From assembly GCF_018977255.1 (NCBI RefSeq), contig NW_024704743.1, positions 67,334,001 through 67,398,000 on the forward strand: a stretch of 64,000 bases of DNA, in the 5' to 3' direction. Shown in pieces: positions 39,791-50,700 of the stretch; positions within the stretch are counted from its first letter, which is position 1, and each line of letters opens with the position of its first letter. The notes beneath the pieces were generated by a model. That model was not told the origin of the DNA and did not search any database. It was given only the letters and a program-made list of their open reading frames with translations. Source of the stretch: Callorhinchus milii. Lineage: Eukaryota. Position numbers and translations under genes: made by a program.

Positions 39791-40863
39791 ACCTGTCAGG
39801 GGCAAGAGGAGACTCTGTTGCAATGACATAGTAAAGACACTTAAATGGGTAGGAATGAAACCAGAGATGGGGGAAGTTGGGAGGAAAAAAAACAAGCAAA
39901 TCTTGTTTTGTAACCAAAAAAACAACTCTTCTGGAGGCCCAGAATGATTTGATGTATCAGAATTATCACTACTGTCTTAAAAGATTATGCAACATTTAAA
40001 CAAAATTAAATTCAGTCTTAATTTAGAAGATAGTTTTCTGAGGTTCTAAAAAGAATTCAAATTGAATTGCAGAAGTTTTCAGAATTCTGGAAACTATTAA
40101 ATAGTCTCAAGGTCTCTGATTATTGTTCATATGCAATCTTTCATATGCATGTCATACATTAAAGGACTGTATTGTGTAGAGTGTGCATGTAACAGATCTT
40201 ATCTCAATCTACTGGAAGCCACAATTATTTATTTTACCCCACATTCCATGTCCCACTGCCACTTCGGTCCTCTCCCTCATTCAGTTATTCGATTTGACTC
40301 AGATTCTCACTTTATTTTTCTATTAACATAAAACTATGCAATACAAAAGCATTTTGCTCGATGACCACTGTAATTTCCTTTGCTTTTGTTTAATTTCTTC
40401 TAGCTTCCTAAGTGTTTTTTTTCTCCTCTCGCTTGCAATGATTTTTTTTCTCAAGCCTATTCAGCCCTGGGGGCTCCAGACATTTAGCTTATAAAATAAT
40501 ATTGAATCATAGATGTAAGATTAAATTCTGCAGATTAAATTGCACTGCAGATATTTCTATGTCTATAGGGACATATGTGTAAAATTTACTGAATGATTAC
40601 CAGTTATCCCTGACTCACTGCCCTCCACTCCTCCTCATACCAAAGCTCAGATTGGGTGCAAATCTATCTGTCCACTGCCTTGGGACGTCCTCCTCACGTG
40701 AAAGGTGCAATACAAATGTAACATCTTGTTGTTGTTATCCCATATTAACAAATTTGTTATGGAGCAGAATATCTCTTTCTTTTCCTTTCACGCTCCCCCT
40801 CCCCCCATCATATTATTCTTCCTGTGATAGTTATATAAAATAATATCGCACAGAATATGGCGC

Positions 40864-40967
40864 AGTTCTGACAAAACGTCATTGATCTCAAATATCAACT
40901 AATTTTCCTCTCTCCATGGATGCTACCTGACCTGCTGCGTGTTCCCAGTGACTTCTGTGTTTATACC
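40864..40967 (+). mobile_element. Decayed Penelope-like terminal repeat with a degenerate minimal hammerhead
   Basis: AGTT-CTGACAA-AACGTCATTGATCT-CAAATATC-AACT followed by CTCTCTCCATGGATGCTACCTGACCTGCTG, matching a recalled chondrichthyan repeat (CTGATGA..GAAACGTTAACT..CACAGATGCTGCCTGACCTGCTGAG). Confidence 0.55.
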
Positions 40968-42374
40968 AGAAACATGCCAGTTGATCCAACTTGTCTGTGC
41001 CAGTGTTTATACTTCAAACAAGCCTCTACCCCTCATTTTTCTCTCCCCTATATCCCACTATTCACTTCCCCCTCATTTATGCATCAAGTTTTATCTTAAA
41101 TACACTGATGAATATATTTAACATATAATGTGATGGTTCACATTGAGGTGTAAATTGTGAGATTCACAAATAGATTTGTAAACAGTAAATTGTTTCAGTT
41201 TTCTTTCCTTTTTACCTTAATCCTTGACACACAGAGGAGTTGGACTTCCAATTACATGATTTACTTGGAATTATATTCCAAATGCATGATTTGACACTAT
41301 CTAACCGAATCTGCATAATCTACAAGCTTGGAAGTCATGGCTAAGTTATGATTATTGGAGTCATGACTTGTAATATACTGTATCTCACGTGATAGACATG
41401 ACTTCTGTCTTGTGGGTTCATTGGGCTGCGTACAATTAATGTTCTGTGACATCAAAGAGCAGAACTATGATAAAAGTGCCCACCGCAAAATGAAAATCAA
41501 TGCATCATCTCCAATTTTAAGTTATCTTGTTAGTTTGCATTTTCATATTAAAGCTAGTTAAATTGTTCAACTGAAATCTTTGCCATTCAAAATGCTACTT
41601 CATTAAACAGCAGTTCACTGCATACACATTAATATATGTGGGTCATATGCCAAAACCTGAAGGGTCAACCAATGGATAATGGATACTTGATCCTTCTCCA
41701 CTTTGGGGAAAACAATCATTAACTCAGATCCTAAGGGAATAGGCAGCACAGTGCAATGTTGATCATTTCGGACAAGTGCAAGATTAATTACCTGGAGGTT
41801 ATTCAAGCTGTTGCTTGACTCAGACTGCTGGGAACACTATGCTCAGGTGGTCACGCTTTCAATGTTCACCTAAGGTCGCTGGAGAGTCAATCAAAAGTTT
41901 TTCTTTCAGATTCAACAAATGTACCGCACACAGGGCTTTGGAAGAACTCTCTGTGGCCTTTCTCATATTTTGTATAATCTTTTGAAATAGAAAAGCCTAA
42001 TATTTGTGACCTAATTGTTAATGGGTTGCCAGGAAGGGTGGTTGAGGCCAGGATACTCATTTAAGAAACACCTTGATTCTGGGAGTCTGATAGACTGGAT
42101 ATTCTGGAAGGAAACAACACAATTTTTTTTGTTCATCGGGGCTTTGAACTTAATCTAAGATGACACTTCAGTACATTGCCATGAGTGTGTTGCATTGTTG
42201 GACCCTTCAGATAAAAAAATAAACTGATATTCCATCTACCTATTCAGGTGTAAATTTAAAATCCCCTGGCATTATATGAAAAGAAAAGGGAGTTTGTCCC
42301 AGTATCCTGGCCAACAATCCCTCAAATAAAATTAATCATTCACGTCACGTCTGTTTGTGGGACAATGTTGTGCG

Positions 42375-43973
42375 TTCTGCTGAGCTCACCTGGCTCAAAT
42401 CAAACCTAACTGTCCACCGGCAGATTTAGCTGGACCATGTCAAATCCTATCGCTCTGCCCTCGCCTCCGCTAAATCATTGTTCTACTCCAAGACAATCTT
42501 GGAGGCTAAGGACAACCCTAGGCTCCTCTTCTCCATCACAAACCGACTCCTCTGCCCACCCTCTCACACCTCACCCATCCTCATCTCTAATGCCAACTAA
42601 TGGACTTCCTCGAATCCAAAGTCCAGCTGCCTCTGCCACTGCAACTATTATCCCCTCCCCATCTCCTCCTCCCACCTCAGCCCCTACCCACTGTTCCCTC
42701 GACACCTTTGAACCCGTCTCCCCCTCATCTCTCATCACCACCATAACCCAGATGAAACCCACCACCTGCTCCCTGGATCCCATCCCTACACCCCTCCTTA
42801 CCTCCCAGCTCCACCTCCTTGCCCATTCTGCTCACTGACATTGTTAACCTCTCCCTGTCCTCTTGTACTGTTCCCACCCCTTTAAAAAACGCTGTCGTCA
42901 TTCCTATCCTTAAAAAACTCTCTCTGGACCCTTCTCTGCTCTCTAACTACTGCCCCATCTCCAACCTCCCCTTCCTCTCCAAGGTCCTGGAACGAGTTTT
43001 TGCTTCTCAGCTTCGCTCCTTCCTCTCCCACCACTCCGTTCTCGAACCCCTCCAATTGGACTTCCGTGCTGCCCACAGCACAGAAACAGCCCTGGTCAAA
43101 GTGACAAATGACATTCTGTCCATCTGCGACCAGGGCTCCCTCTGCCTCCTCGTCCTCCTTGACCTCTCTAATTTCGACACCGTCGACCAATCTATCCTCA
43201 TCCACCACCTCTCCTCTCACCTCAACCTCCACAGCGCTGTCCTTGATTGGTTCAGATCATACCTCTCACACCGCCTGCACTTCATCTCCTCAAATGGCTT
43301 CTCCTCTAGCCCTCAGACCATCTTGTGCGGTGTTCCTCAGGGCTCTATCCTTGGTCCCTCCTCTTCAATATCTATATGCTCCCTCTTGGTGACATCATCC
43401 GCAGACATGGGATCAACTTCCACATGTATGCGGCTGACACCCAACTCTACCTCTCTGCCTCAGCCCTTGACTCCAGGACCAAGTGTCCTCTCTCGCACTA
43501 GGCTCCGTAACCCTATCAGCCCCATCCTTGCCTAACTCCACTGGCTTCCCATCACACAGAAGATACAGTTTAAGATCCTGGTCCTCACCCTCAAAGCTCT
43601 CCATGGTCTTGCTCCCCTTTACCTCTGCGACCTCCTAACCCCCTACTATCCTGTTCGCTTCCTCTGCTCAGCGGGCTCTGACCCGCTTCACGTCCCCCGC
43701 CATGCTCGCCCCACTATCGGCGGGCGGGCCACTCTGCACCCACCCTCTGGAACACCATCCTGCAGTCTCTCCATCTCACCCCCTCCCTCCCACCTTCAAG
43801 ACCCACTTCAAGACCCTCCTTTTCGACTGTGCTTTCGATCTCCCTGCTTCCCCCGCTGGCCTCGCCCCTCCCCCACCACAACCCTCAGCTCGGGTCCGAA
43901 ACTCTGTCTGTCCAGCGCCTTGGGACGTCCTCCCGATGTGAAGGGTGCTATACAAATGTAATTTTGTTGTTAC
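42375..43973 (+). mobile_element. L2 LINE (5'-truncated, internally deleted) with a 9-bp TSD, inserted in a Deu SINE (~42150-42374 and 43983-44090)
   Basis: ORF 42819-43535 carries RT motifs NYCPISNLPFLSKVLER, HSTETAL and [19 protein letters not shown] flanks it at 42366-42374 and 43974-43982. Confidence 0.93.
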
Positions 43974-44369
43974 TGTTGTGCGCAAATTGTCTACCATGCA
44001 CATCACTTCATCGTACAATCTTGTGAAGTGCTTTGAGATGACTCAACAATGTAATAAGGTACTATATCAAATACAAGGCTTTTTATTATTCTCTTCAGCC
44101 ATTTAAATAACACCTTTCATGTTGGGAGGATGTCTCAAAAAACACTTCACACAGCTGACTGGGAATCCAAGCTGGGACAGTGGGTGCTGAGGAGGTTCTT
44201 TGTGTTCGAGTTACAAGGAGATCAAATGGGCTTTATTCATCCAAACCACTCTTGCGTTTTTATGACCTTCATGTGTCTGCAGAGTCTTTGTTGGTATGCT
44301 AGGTTTGTCTTGCGTAATGCCAGACATTTTCAGGAGATGTTTCCTGCTAAACCAAGACAACAGAACAAA

Positions 44370-44685
44370 AGGCCACAGGTTCAGTGTTGTAAAGGGTAAT
44401 TTTAGCAAAGACACCAGAAATATTTTTTTTCACATGCGTAGTATGTGGGGGAAATGACTATCAGAATGTGGAATAGGTTACCTCAAATGGTTTGAGGTTA
44501 TGCATTATATCATTTAAAAGATTGGACAAATCCCCAAGGAAATATTATTTAAAAGCTATTTGGGATAGAGCAAGAGAATGGGGTTTGGAGTTGAGAGCTC
44601 CAGTGGGAAAGCAAGCAGCGACACTGACTTGGTTGGATGAATTGCTTCCTTCTGTGCTGAAAATCTTCTATGATTCTATGGAGTA
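44370..44685 (+). mobile_element. CR1 3' fragment, decayed
   Basis: GHRF...KYFF residual coding and 3'UTR ending TTCTATGATTCTATG. Confidence 0.65.
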
Positions 44686-44792
44686 CAATTTGTAATTTTC
44701 CTTGAATAGTGCCAGTGTTATTTTTACTCGTTATTGTCACAATTAGCAGTAGTTGGTATTAACATAACATTGCTAAATAGAAACTGAGCTGT

Positions 44793-44826
44793 CTGTAATA
44801 CACTAAATAGCCACCAGATGGAAGTG
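44793..44826 (+). promoter_or_regulatory. Candidate CTCF site with upstream (U/M2) motif
   Basis: CTGTAATAC-ACTAAATA-GCCACCAGATGGAAGT; TGTAAT begins 17 nt before CCAC, matching the recalled spacing for zinc fingers 9-11. Confidence 0.5.
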
Positions 44827-45129
44827 TCCAGACCCGTCTCAAATGGGACTCAGACTCTCACTACCGACATCTTTTAAAAGTGGCAATTTTTTGCCTTCAC
44901 ATTTTCGAGCTTCAGGGAATGTGATGAGTTTTTATTTTGGTTCATTGCTCCTTTTTCCTGTCTGGATCTGCAGCAATTTTTACTTGCTACCAGGCCCAGA
45001 AAATGTTTTTTTTTTTGCAGTGGAGGTCAGGGCGTCTGGTATCTGGGGTAAAGGGACATAGCTGGATGAGATGCTGGATAAACTTGGATTAGTCTCCCTG
45101 GTTGAGGGTCATTTGATTGAGGGATTAAA

Positions 45130-45420
45130 GGCGCCGTTCTTCGAATGAAACTTTAAACAAAATTTGCCTGTTCAGGTGGATGTCAAAGATCCCATAGCAC
45201 TATTCAAAAGAGAATGGAGTTTCTCTCGATGTCCTGGACAACAATTCCCCCAAATAAAATTGCTCACTGGCTGTTTGTACAACATTGCAGGATGCAATTG
45301 TGCTGCTACATTTACCTGCATATACACAGTCGCTTCCTTTCACAGTAAATGCTATGAAGTACTTTGAGACGTCCTTCTGATGTGACAAGGTCAAATACAA
45401 AATGCAAGGATTATTATTTT
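45130..45420 (+). mobile_element. Deu-domain SINE (family A), headless
   Basis: TGCCTGTTCAGGTGGATGTCAAAGATCCCATAGCACTATTC; L2-like tail. Confidence 0.75.
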
Positions 45421-46209
45421 TCATATTTGGGAAGTAAAGCCATTAAAGGATATGGGAAATAAAGCATGTTAAAATGACCTGCTCATTCCGACTACCTTCA
45501 AAAAAACAATTTTGCTCATGACACGTGATTGGATTTTGACCTTCTGGAATGTTCTTAGCTCTTCGCTTTCAATTTTATGCAGAAATTTGCACTGACTGAG
45601 AAAAGGGGATAGGAAAGGGCAAAATTCTACTGGTCTTTGTGTTCGTGTACCTCTGCGGAATTAATCAAACTGAAAATTCAATGCTGACATTCAGGTAGGC
45701 ACATTAACAATCACAACAACTCACAGTAAAATCCTGTGCTTTGAGATGTCTTCATAACATGTTAAGGCATTGCATCAAATGCAAGGATTATGATTTACTA
45801 TTATTATCATGACTTTTATCATTATTATTATGACAGCTTCCCAGATGTTATCCAGACAGTGCAGATAGTTGGATAACCTTTTAGGACACAAGTTAAGCTA
45901 TTCATGCAGATCAAAGACTATTAAAAATATTATCCTAATAAGATTTCAAAATACTGCTCCACTGGAATTAAACTATGGGATAAACTCTTAATTGAAATTG
46001 TGATCAAAATCAATCTAAAATAACTTGATCCAATCTGACCTATCCTTTTGGAAATAGATACTGTAGGGATTGACACTGATTCAAACACTCGATACACACA
46101 CAATGTCTTGTTGAAAACCTGTCTGGTGTCAGTGAATAGAAGTTAGTGACAGTCAGTGGCTTCATTTCACATCGGAGGCTGGGGTGGTTGTCATCTGCCA
46201 AGAAAGATG

Positions 46210-46500
46210 CCTCAGAGGGTATTTTATAGAGGTACATAGAATTTTAAATGAGGTTAAAAAAGTAAACCCAGATCAATACTTTAGAATACACCAAGGCAGT
46301 GGAAAGAGAAGACAAGTTTGTAACCGCAGAGTGCAATTTCAGGACAGACATTAGGAGATACTTCTTTACACAGAGAGTAATTAATAACTGGAAGAGGTTG
46401 CCAGGAAGGGTGGTCAAGGCCAGTATACTGGACTCATTTAAAATTCAGCTTGATACTACGATGGAAAAGCTATCAATCTTGCAGAAGAAGAAAAAAAACG
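46210..46500 (+). mobile_element. CR1 3' coding fragment
   Basis: FRTDIRRYFFTQRVINNWKRLPGRVV in ORF 46299-46631. Confidence 0.8.
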
Positions 46501-46719
46501 ATAGATGTTCACTAAAAAAACCTTTCATTTTTAGCAGCATAACTATTTACCTGGTTTATTATCGCGCTCCAAAATACCTCTCAGGTATAAACCAGATTTT
46601 CTGTAGCATATATTTCAACGATTTTTTGTGACTAAAAACTTCATCATAACTAAATAACAAATGTTATAGAATTCTTTATTGAAAATTATCCAAAAACCAC
46701 ATGATTATATTTTTCATAT

Positions 46720-47105
46720 GTGGGCCTTGTAGCCCCATAGAGTATTGGTTAGGACATTCGCCTTGCAAGTGAGAGGACTGGGTTCAATTCCCAGGCAGGA
46801 TGAAACCTTAGGCAAGTTTCCTAACTCCACACTCCTCTGTTTACCTAGCAGTAAGTAGGAACCCAGTTGTTAGTTGACTAGTGGATAGTTTTCTGGTGGT
46901 AATAAAGAATCCCAATTTATTTTAAAAACTTGGTCACTCCATGCATGACTGTTTGTAGGACATTGCTATGCACAATTGGCTGCCCCGTTTTGCCCAGAAA
47001 ATACACAGTCAATACACTTTACAATATATATATTCTGTGAAGGGCTTTGAGATATCTCAACGATGTGATAAGGCGTTATATCACATGACAGGATTATTAT
47101 TATTG
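46720..47105 (+). mobile_element. tRNA-headed SINE, long variant (family B), with the best-preserved CORE-like segment
   Basis: CCTTAGGCAAGTTTCCTAACTCCACACTCCTCTGTTTACCTAGCAGTAAGTAGG followed by Deu-like 3' body and tail. Confidence 0.85.
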
Positions 47106-47766
47106 TTAGAGTTTGATCTTTGAACTCTCTTTTGCCACTCTTTGCTATTGAAATCTCCTTTCTGCACAAAAAACATAACAATCATCTCTTATGCATGTCC
47201 GGAAATTCATTCAAACATTCTTTCTTGAAATTCTGCTCATATTTTCTTCTCTTAGATGGTTGTATTCTCAGTTGAACTTCAATAACCCCCCCAGCTATGC
47301 ACATGCCAAGTATCTGGAATTAGGGGGAAAGGTTGGAAAAAATGTCACACTACGATTCAGCAATGGATGCCAAACTCCATTCTGTATTTTCAAACTCCCT
47401 CAATACGACCTGAGGCTTGGTTTAGCCATGGCATCAACAGAGCCACATTTTTAAAAACTAGTGCAACCACTGCCGCAAAGACTGTTGAGCTTTCCCATAG
47501 ACCCTTAGATGGACCTAAAAACCCATAGCGTATGAGGAAAATCCATACACTTGGCAGCTATTGTACTCTGGAAGGTCACCTTCATCCAAACTGATCTCGT
47601 GATTGTTTGTTCGAACAAGGTGCAATATCAGTCTTGTTTTCATGTTGTGTTCATGTTATGAACCACAAATATATTTATACTTTTTAACACTAGTTGCTTC
47701 TCTCTGCAAGCCTGCCTCAGCATGATATAATTCCCTAGTGACCCATATACTCCTACTAGTAATACA

Positions 47767-48164
47767 ACAACAACAAGATTAAATTTGTATAGCGCCTTTC
47801 ACGTTGGGAGGATGTCCCAAGGTGCTGGACGGAGTACAGCATTTCAGACCACAAAGCTAGTAATACAGTAGTTAGCTGATTGATTTTTTAAAATCAGTTT
47901 TGCTGCATAAAAGTCAGGGTTAAACTAGATTAAAGTAAACTACGTACAACAACAACAACAACAAGATTCCATTTATAAAGCGCCTTTCACGTCAGGAGGA
48001 CGTCCCAAGGCGCTGCACAGTTGGGTCATGACCCGAGCAGGGGGGAAATGTTCAGGGTGAGGGGAGGGAAGGGAGGGAGCGAGGAGGGGGGAACTGGTCA
48101 TGGTGAGGGGAGGGAAGGGAGGGAGCGAGGAGGGGGAAGAGAGTCGAGAGGGGAGCTGAAGGCT
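47767..48164 (-). mobile_element. Two very short L2 3'-end insertions with TSDs
   Basis: 47767-47856 is flanked by CTAGTAATACA (47756, 47857). 47948-48164 is flanked by CGTAC (47943, 48165) and carries a duplicated G-rich unit. Confidence 0.8.
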
Positions 48165-48542
48165 CGTACTTGCTAAGTCAAGAATAAAAGTCATATCACA
48201 AAGTTTTTGGTGGAAAACATTTTTTTATGCATTTCATCAATAAAATTCCAGGTCACTTTAGGTTGAGAAGTGGAAAGCAACCCACATCTTCACTTCATTT
48301 TGGAAACAGTGGATCAAAATTGTGACATGTGAAAATAGCCCTGGTGATATTTATCACATCCACTGAAAATGTATTCAAAAACTGACCTTGGGATGGGAGA
48401 TGGCAGCATATGCCACATTTTTAATAATGTCACATGCCACACTTTTGACCCCGATAGGTGTGGATGGCAGTACATTTTTCCTCAAGACTGCTAGGAAACG
48501 TTCTAATGAAAGCTTGTGAAGAGGGCAAAAAAAGATACTCAC

Positions 48543-48670
48543 TGTCTCCTTGGCAACGCAGTGGACCGAGTGCAAGCTTCGCTTCAGACCCTGAGCGGTT
48601 AGTATCTCCAATTAGGACCTGGCTGACTGGAAGGTGATCTTTATAAGCGAGAAGTCCAGTATCTTTCCTC
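48543..48670 (-). CDS. cntnap2: Contactin-associated protein-like 2, internal coding exon (equivalent to human exon 15)
   Basis: Minus strand reads ccttttcacaaaatataccttcag|GAGGAAAG...GGAGACA|gtgagt; 128 nt. The first G completes TGG (W) from the upstream exon. Translates to [42 protein letters not shown] versus recalled human [47 protein letters not shown] and CQGD favour CNTNAP2 over CNTNAP4/5. Confidence 0.97.
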
Positions 48671-49064
48671 CTGAAGGTATATTTTGTGAAAAGGATATAT
48701 TATTGTACGATAGATGTAGGCAAGACATGAATTTTTCATGAGTATAGTATTATATTTTGGAATGTGAACAATCTAAATGGAAAATTGTTTGGCAGACCTT
48801 TTTTTAAAAAAAATGTTCCCGAAAACGATGATGTAAATTAGATTAAAGAGCACCACTCCACCATCTACAGTTTGCTTCATGCTTTATCATGTGGAAAATA
48901 ATGCTCCATTCTTTCAGATGTCCACCAAACATAAAGCTGCCTACCAAGCTTTCTTCAACAAAGATTTTAGAATTTAAGAGGGCAATACAATGCTCGAAGG
49001 TTCAATGCTAAATCATGAATTTTTCAATAACCACTACCACAGAATGTGCCCAGACCACCCTATA

Positions 49065-49485
49065 CATTATAATACTTGAATTTGATATAGTGCCTTATCA
49101 CATTGTCAAGACATTTCAAAGGGCTTCGCAAGATATGTATCACAAGACTGGGTATTTGTGGGGAACACTGCAGCCAATTTCAACAGAGTAATGTCTCACA
49201 AATAGCCATGAAGTGAGTGATCTATTTTTTGGCTGGATTGTTGGCCAGGTTGCTGGGAGAAACTCCCATCTCTTCTCAAATAGTGCCATAGGATCTTTAA
49301 CATCCACCGGGATGGGCAGTTCAGACCTCAGTTTAACATCTCATCCGAAGGATGGCAGCTCTGACAATACAATACCCCCCAGCATTGCACTGGAGAGTCA
49401 CCACTATTTGATTCAAAGTTCTGACGTGGGACTTGAACCCACAACCTTCTGACTCAGAGGCGAAAGTGTGACCACTGTGTCAGGC
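49065..49485 (-). mobile_element. Deu-domain SINE (family A), near full length
   Basis: Head GGGACTTGAACCCACAACCTTCTGACTCAGAGG (reverse complement), Deu core and tail. Confidence 0.82.
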
Positions 49486-50271
49486 TTCCATTGCCAAGCA
49501 TGAAAGCCAGTTCAGCTCTGCTTATCTCCATCCCCCTTCCTCCCCCTCCCCTTAGGTGGAGAGTCAAACAAAAGCAACATGATTTAATTTCTGTAAATAT
49601 ATCAACAATCCGAAAACAACATTGTTTTACTATTTTGAAAATGGATCACAAACATTTTTCAGAGGTTCACAATAATTTTTTAGGACAATTTACATAAAAA
49701 CTAATATAATAATACAATAATAATTGAAGCACACCTTTCAGTTTATTGGATTCATTTATCTCTGCACACTTTCTTAGAATTTTCTTATACGGTTATAAAC
49801 TGATGTCCCAGATTACATAAATGTTCTTGCATCTATACTCGGCGAGACATAATTTGTGTCGTTAATGAGTTTTGAACTAATTTGTTACTATCATTAAATT
49901 GGATGCTTTAATAGCGGTTTGGTTCTACAATCAATAACAGTTCAAAAGGGGCACAGGATGAAATGCATTGATTAGTCTATAATTTGCTAAAAGGTCTTGC
50001 TAATGGATGCCTGCAAAAAGCAAAAGGCACAGAGGTAAGGATTTTACTCAAATGAGGAACGTGGAAAGTGTAACGTTGGTGGCTTTGATCAAGAGAAAGA
50101 TGTGTGAGGAAATGAGCAAGGCTTGTAATTACAAAAATGCATTGTGCAAAAAGGATTGAAATTGTGTTTGAATACTTAAAATAAAAACAGCAGTAGAGGT
50201 CAATGGTAATGGCAACACTGAAATACACAGCAGTCTGGTCTTTGAAATCACAGTCTAGGCTGATACTCCAG

Positions 50272-50700
50272 TAATAATAATTATCCTTGCATTTGATATA
50301 GTGCCTTTAAGCACTCTGGGACGCCACCCGATGTGAAGGGGGCTATATAAGTGCAACTTGTTGTTGTTAAAACGTCTTTGAGATGTCTCAAAAGCACTTC
50401 ACAGAATATGCTGAAAAGTGAATTGACTGCATAACTTGTGGGCGAAACATGGCAGCCAATTGCACACAGCAACACATGACACTATTTGAAAGAGAACGGC
50501 ATTTCTCCCAGTCCCCCAACAATCCTGGCCAACAATCCCCCAAATAAAATGAGCTGTTTGTGAGGTATTGCTGTGTGCAAATTGGCTTACAGAATACACA
50601 GTCACTACACTTCACCATAAATCCTGTGAGGCACTTTGCGACATTTTGAAATTGTGATAAGGGATTAGATCAAATGTGAGTATTATTATTATTATCATAA
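50272..50700. mobile_element. Nest of SINE and L2 tail fragments in both orientations
   Basis: Minus SINE tail interrupted by a plus L2 tail (~50310-50368), followed by a plus SINE 3' body. Confidence 0.7.

Larger units (their letters stand above)
1..48542 (-). other. cntnap2: cntnap2 intron downstream of the exon-15 equivalent (>48 kb, continues beyond the window)
   Basis: Donor gtgagt at 48537-48542. The expected next exon (RNYWNAASF...) was not found by eye in 1-48542. Confidence 0.75.

Noticed and set aside
42819..43535. Longest ORFs (42819-43535, 55028-55654, 16719-17246, 35973-36467, 56899-57408) as functional genes
   Set aside because: Fragments of L2/CR1 ORF2 with truncations, frameshifts and lost catalytic motifs.
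1..48542. cntnap2 exon-16 equivalent (RNYWNAASF...), and exon-13 equivalent in 53586-64000
   Set aside because: No matching sequence found by eye; presumably outside the window. TBLASTN would be decisive.
48375..48611. ORF-track entry overlapping the cntnap2 exon
   Set aside because: Wrong reading frame; the real exon is 48543-48670.
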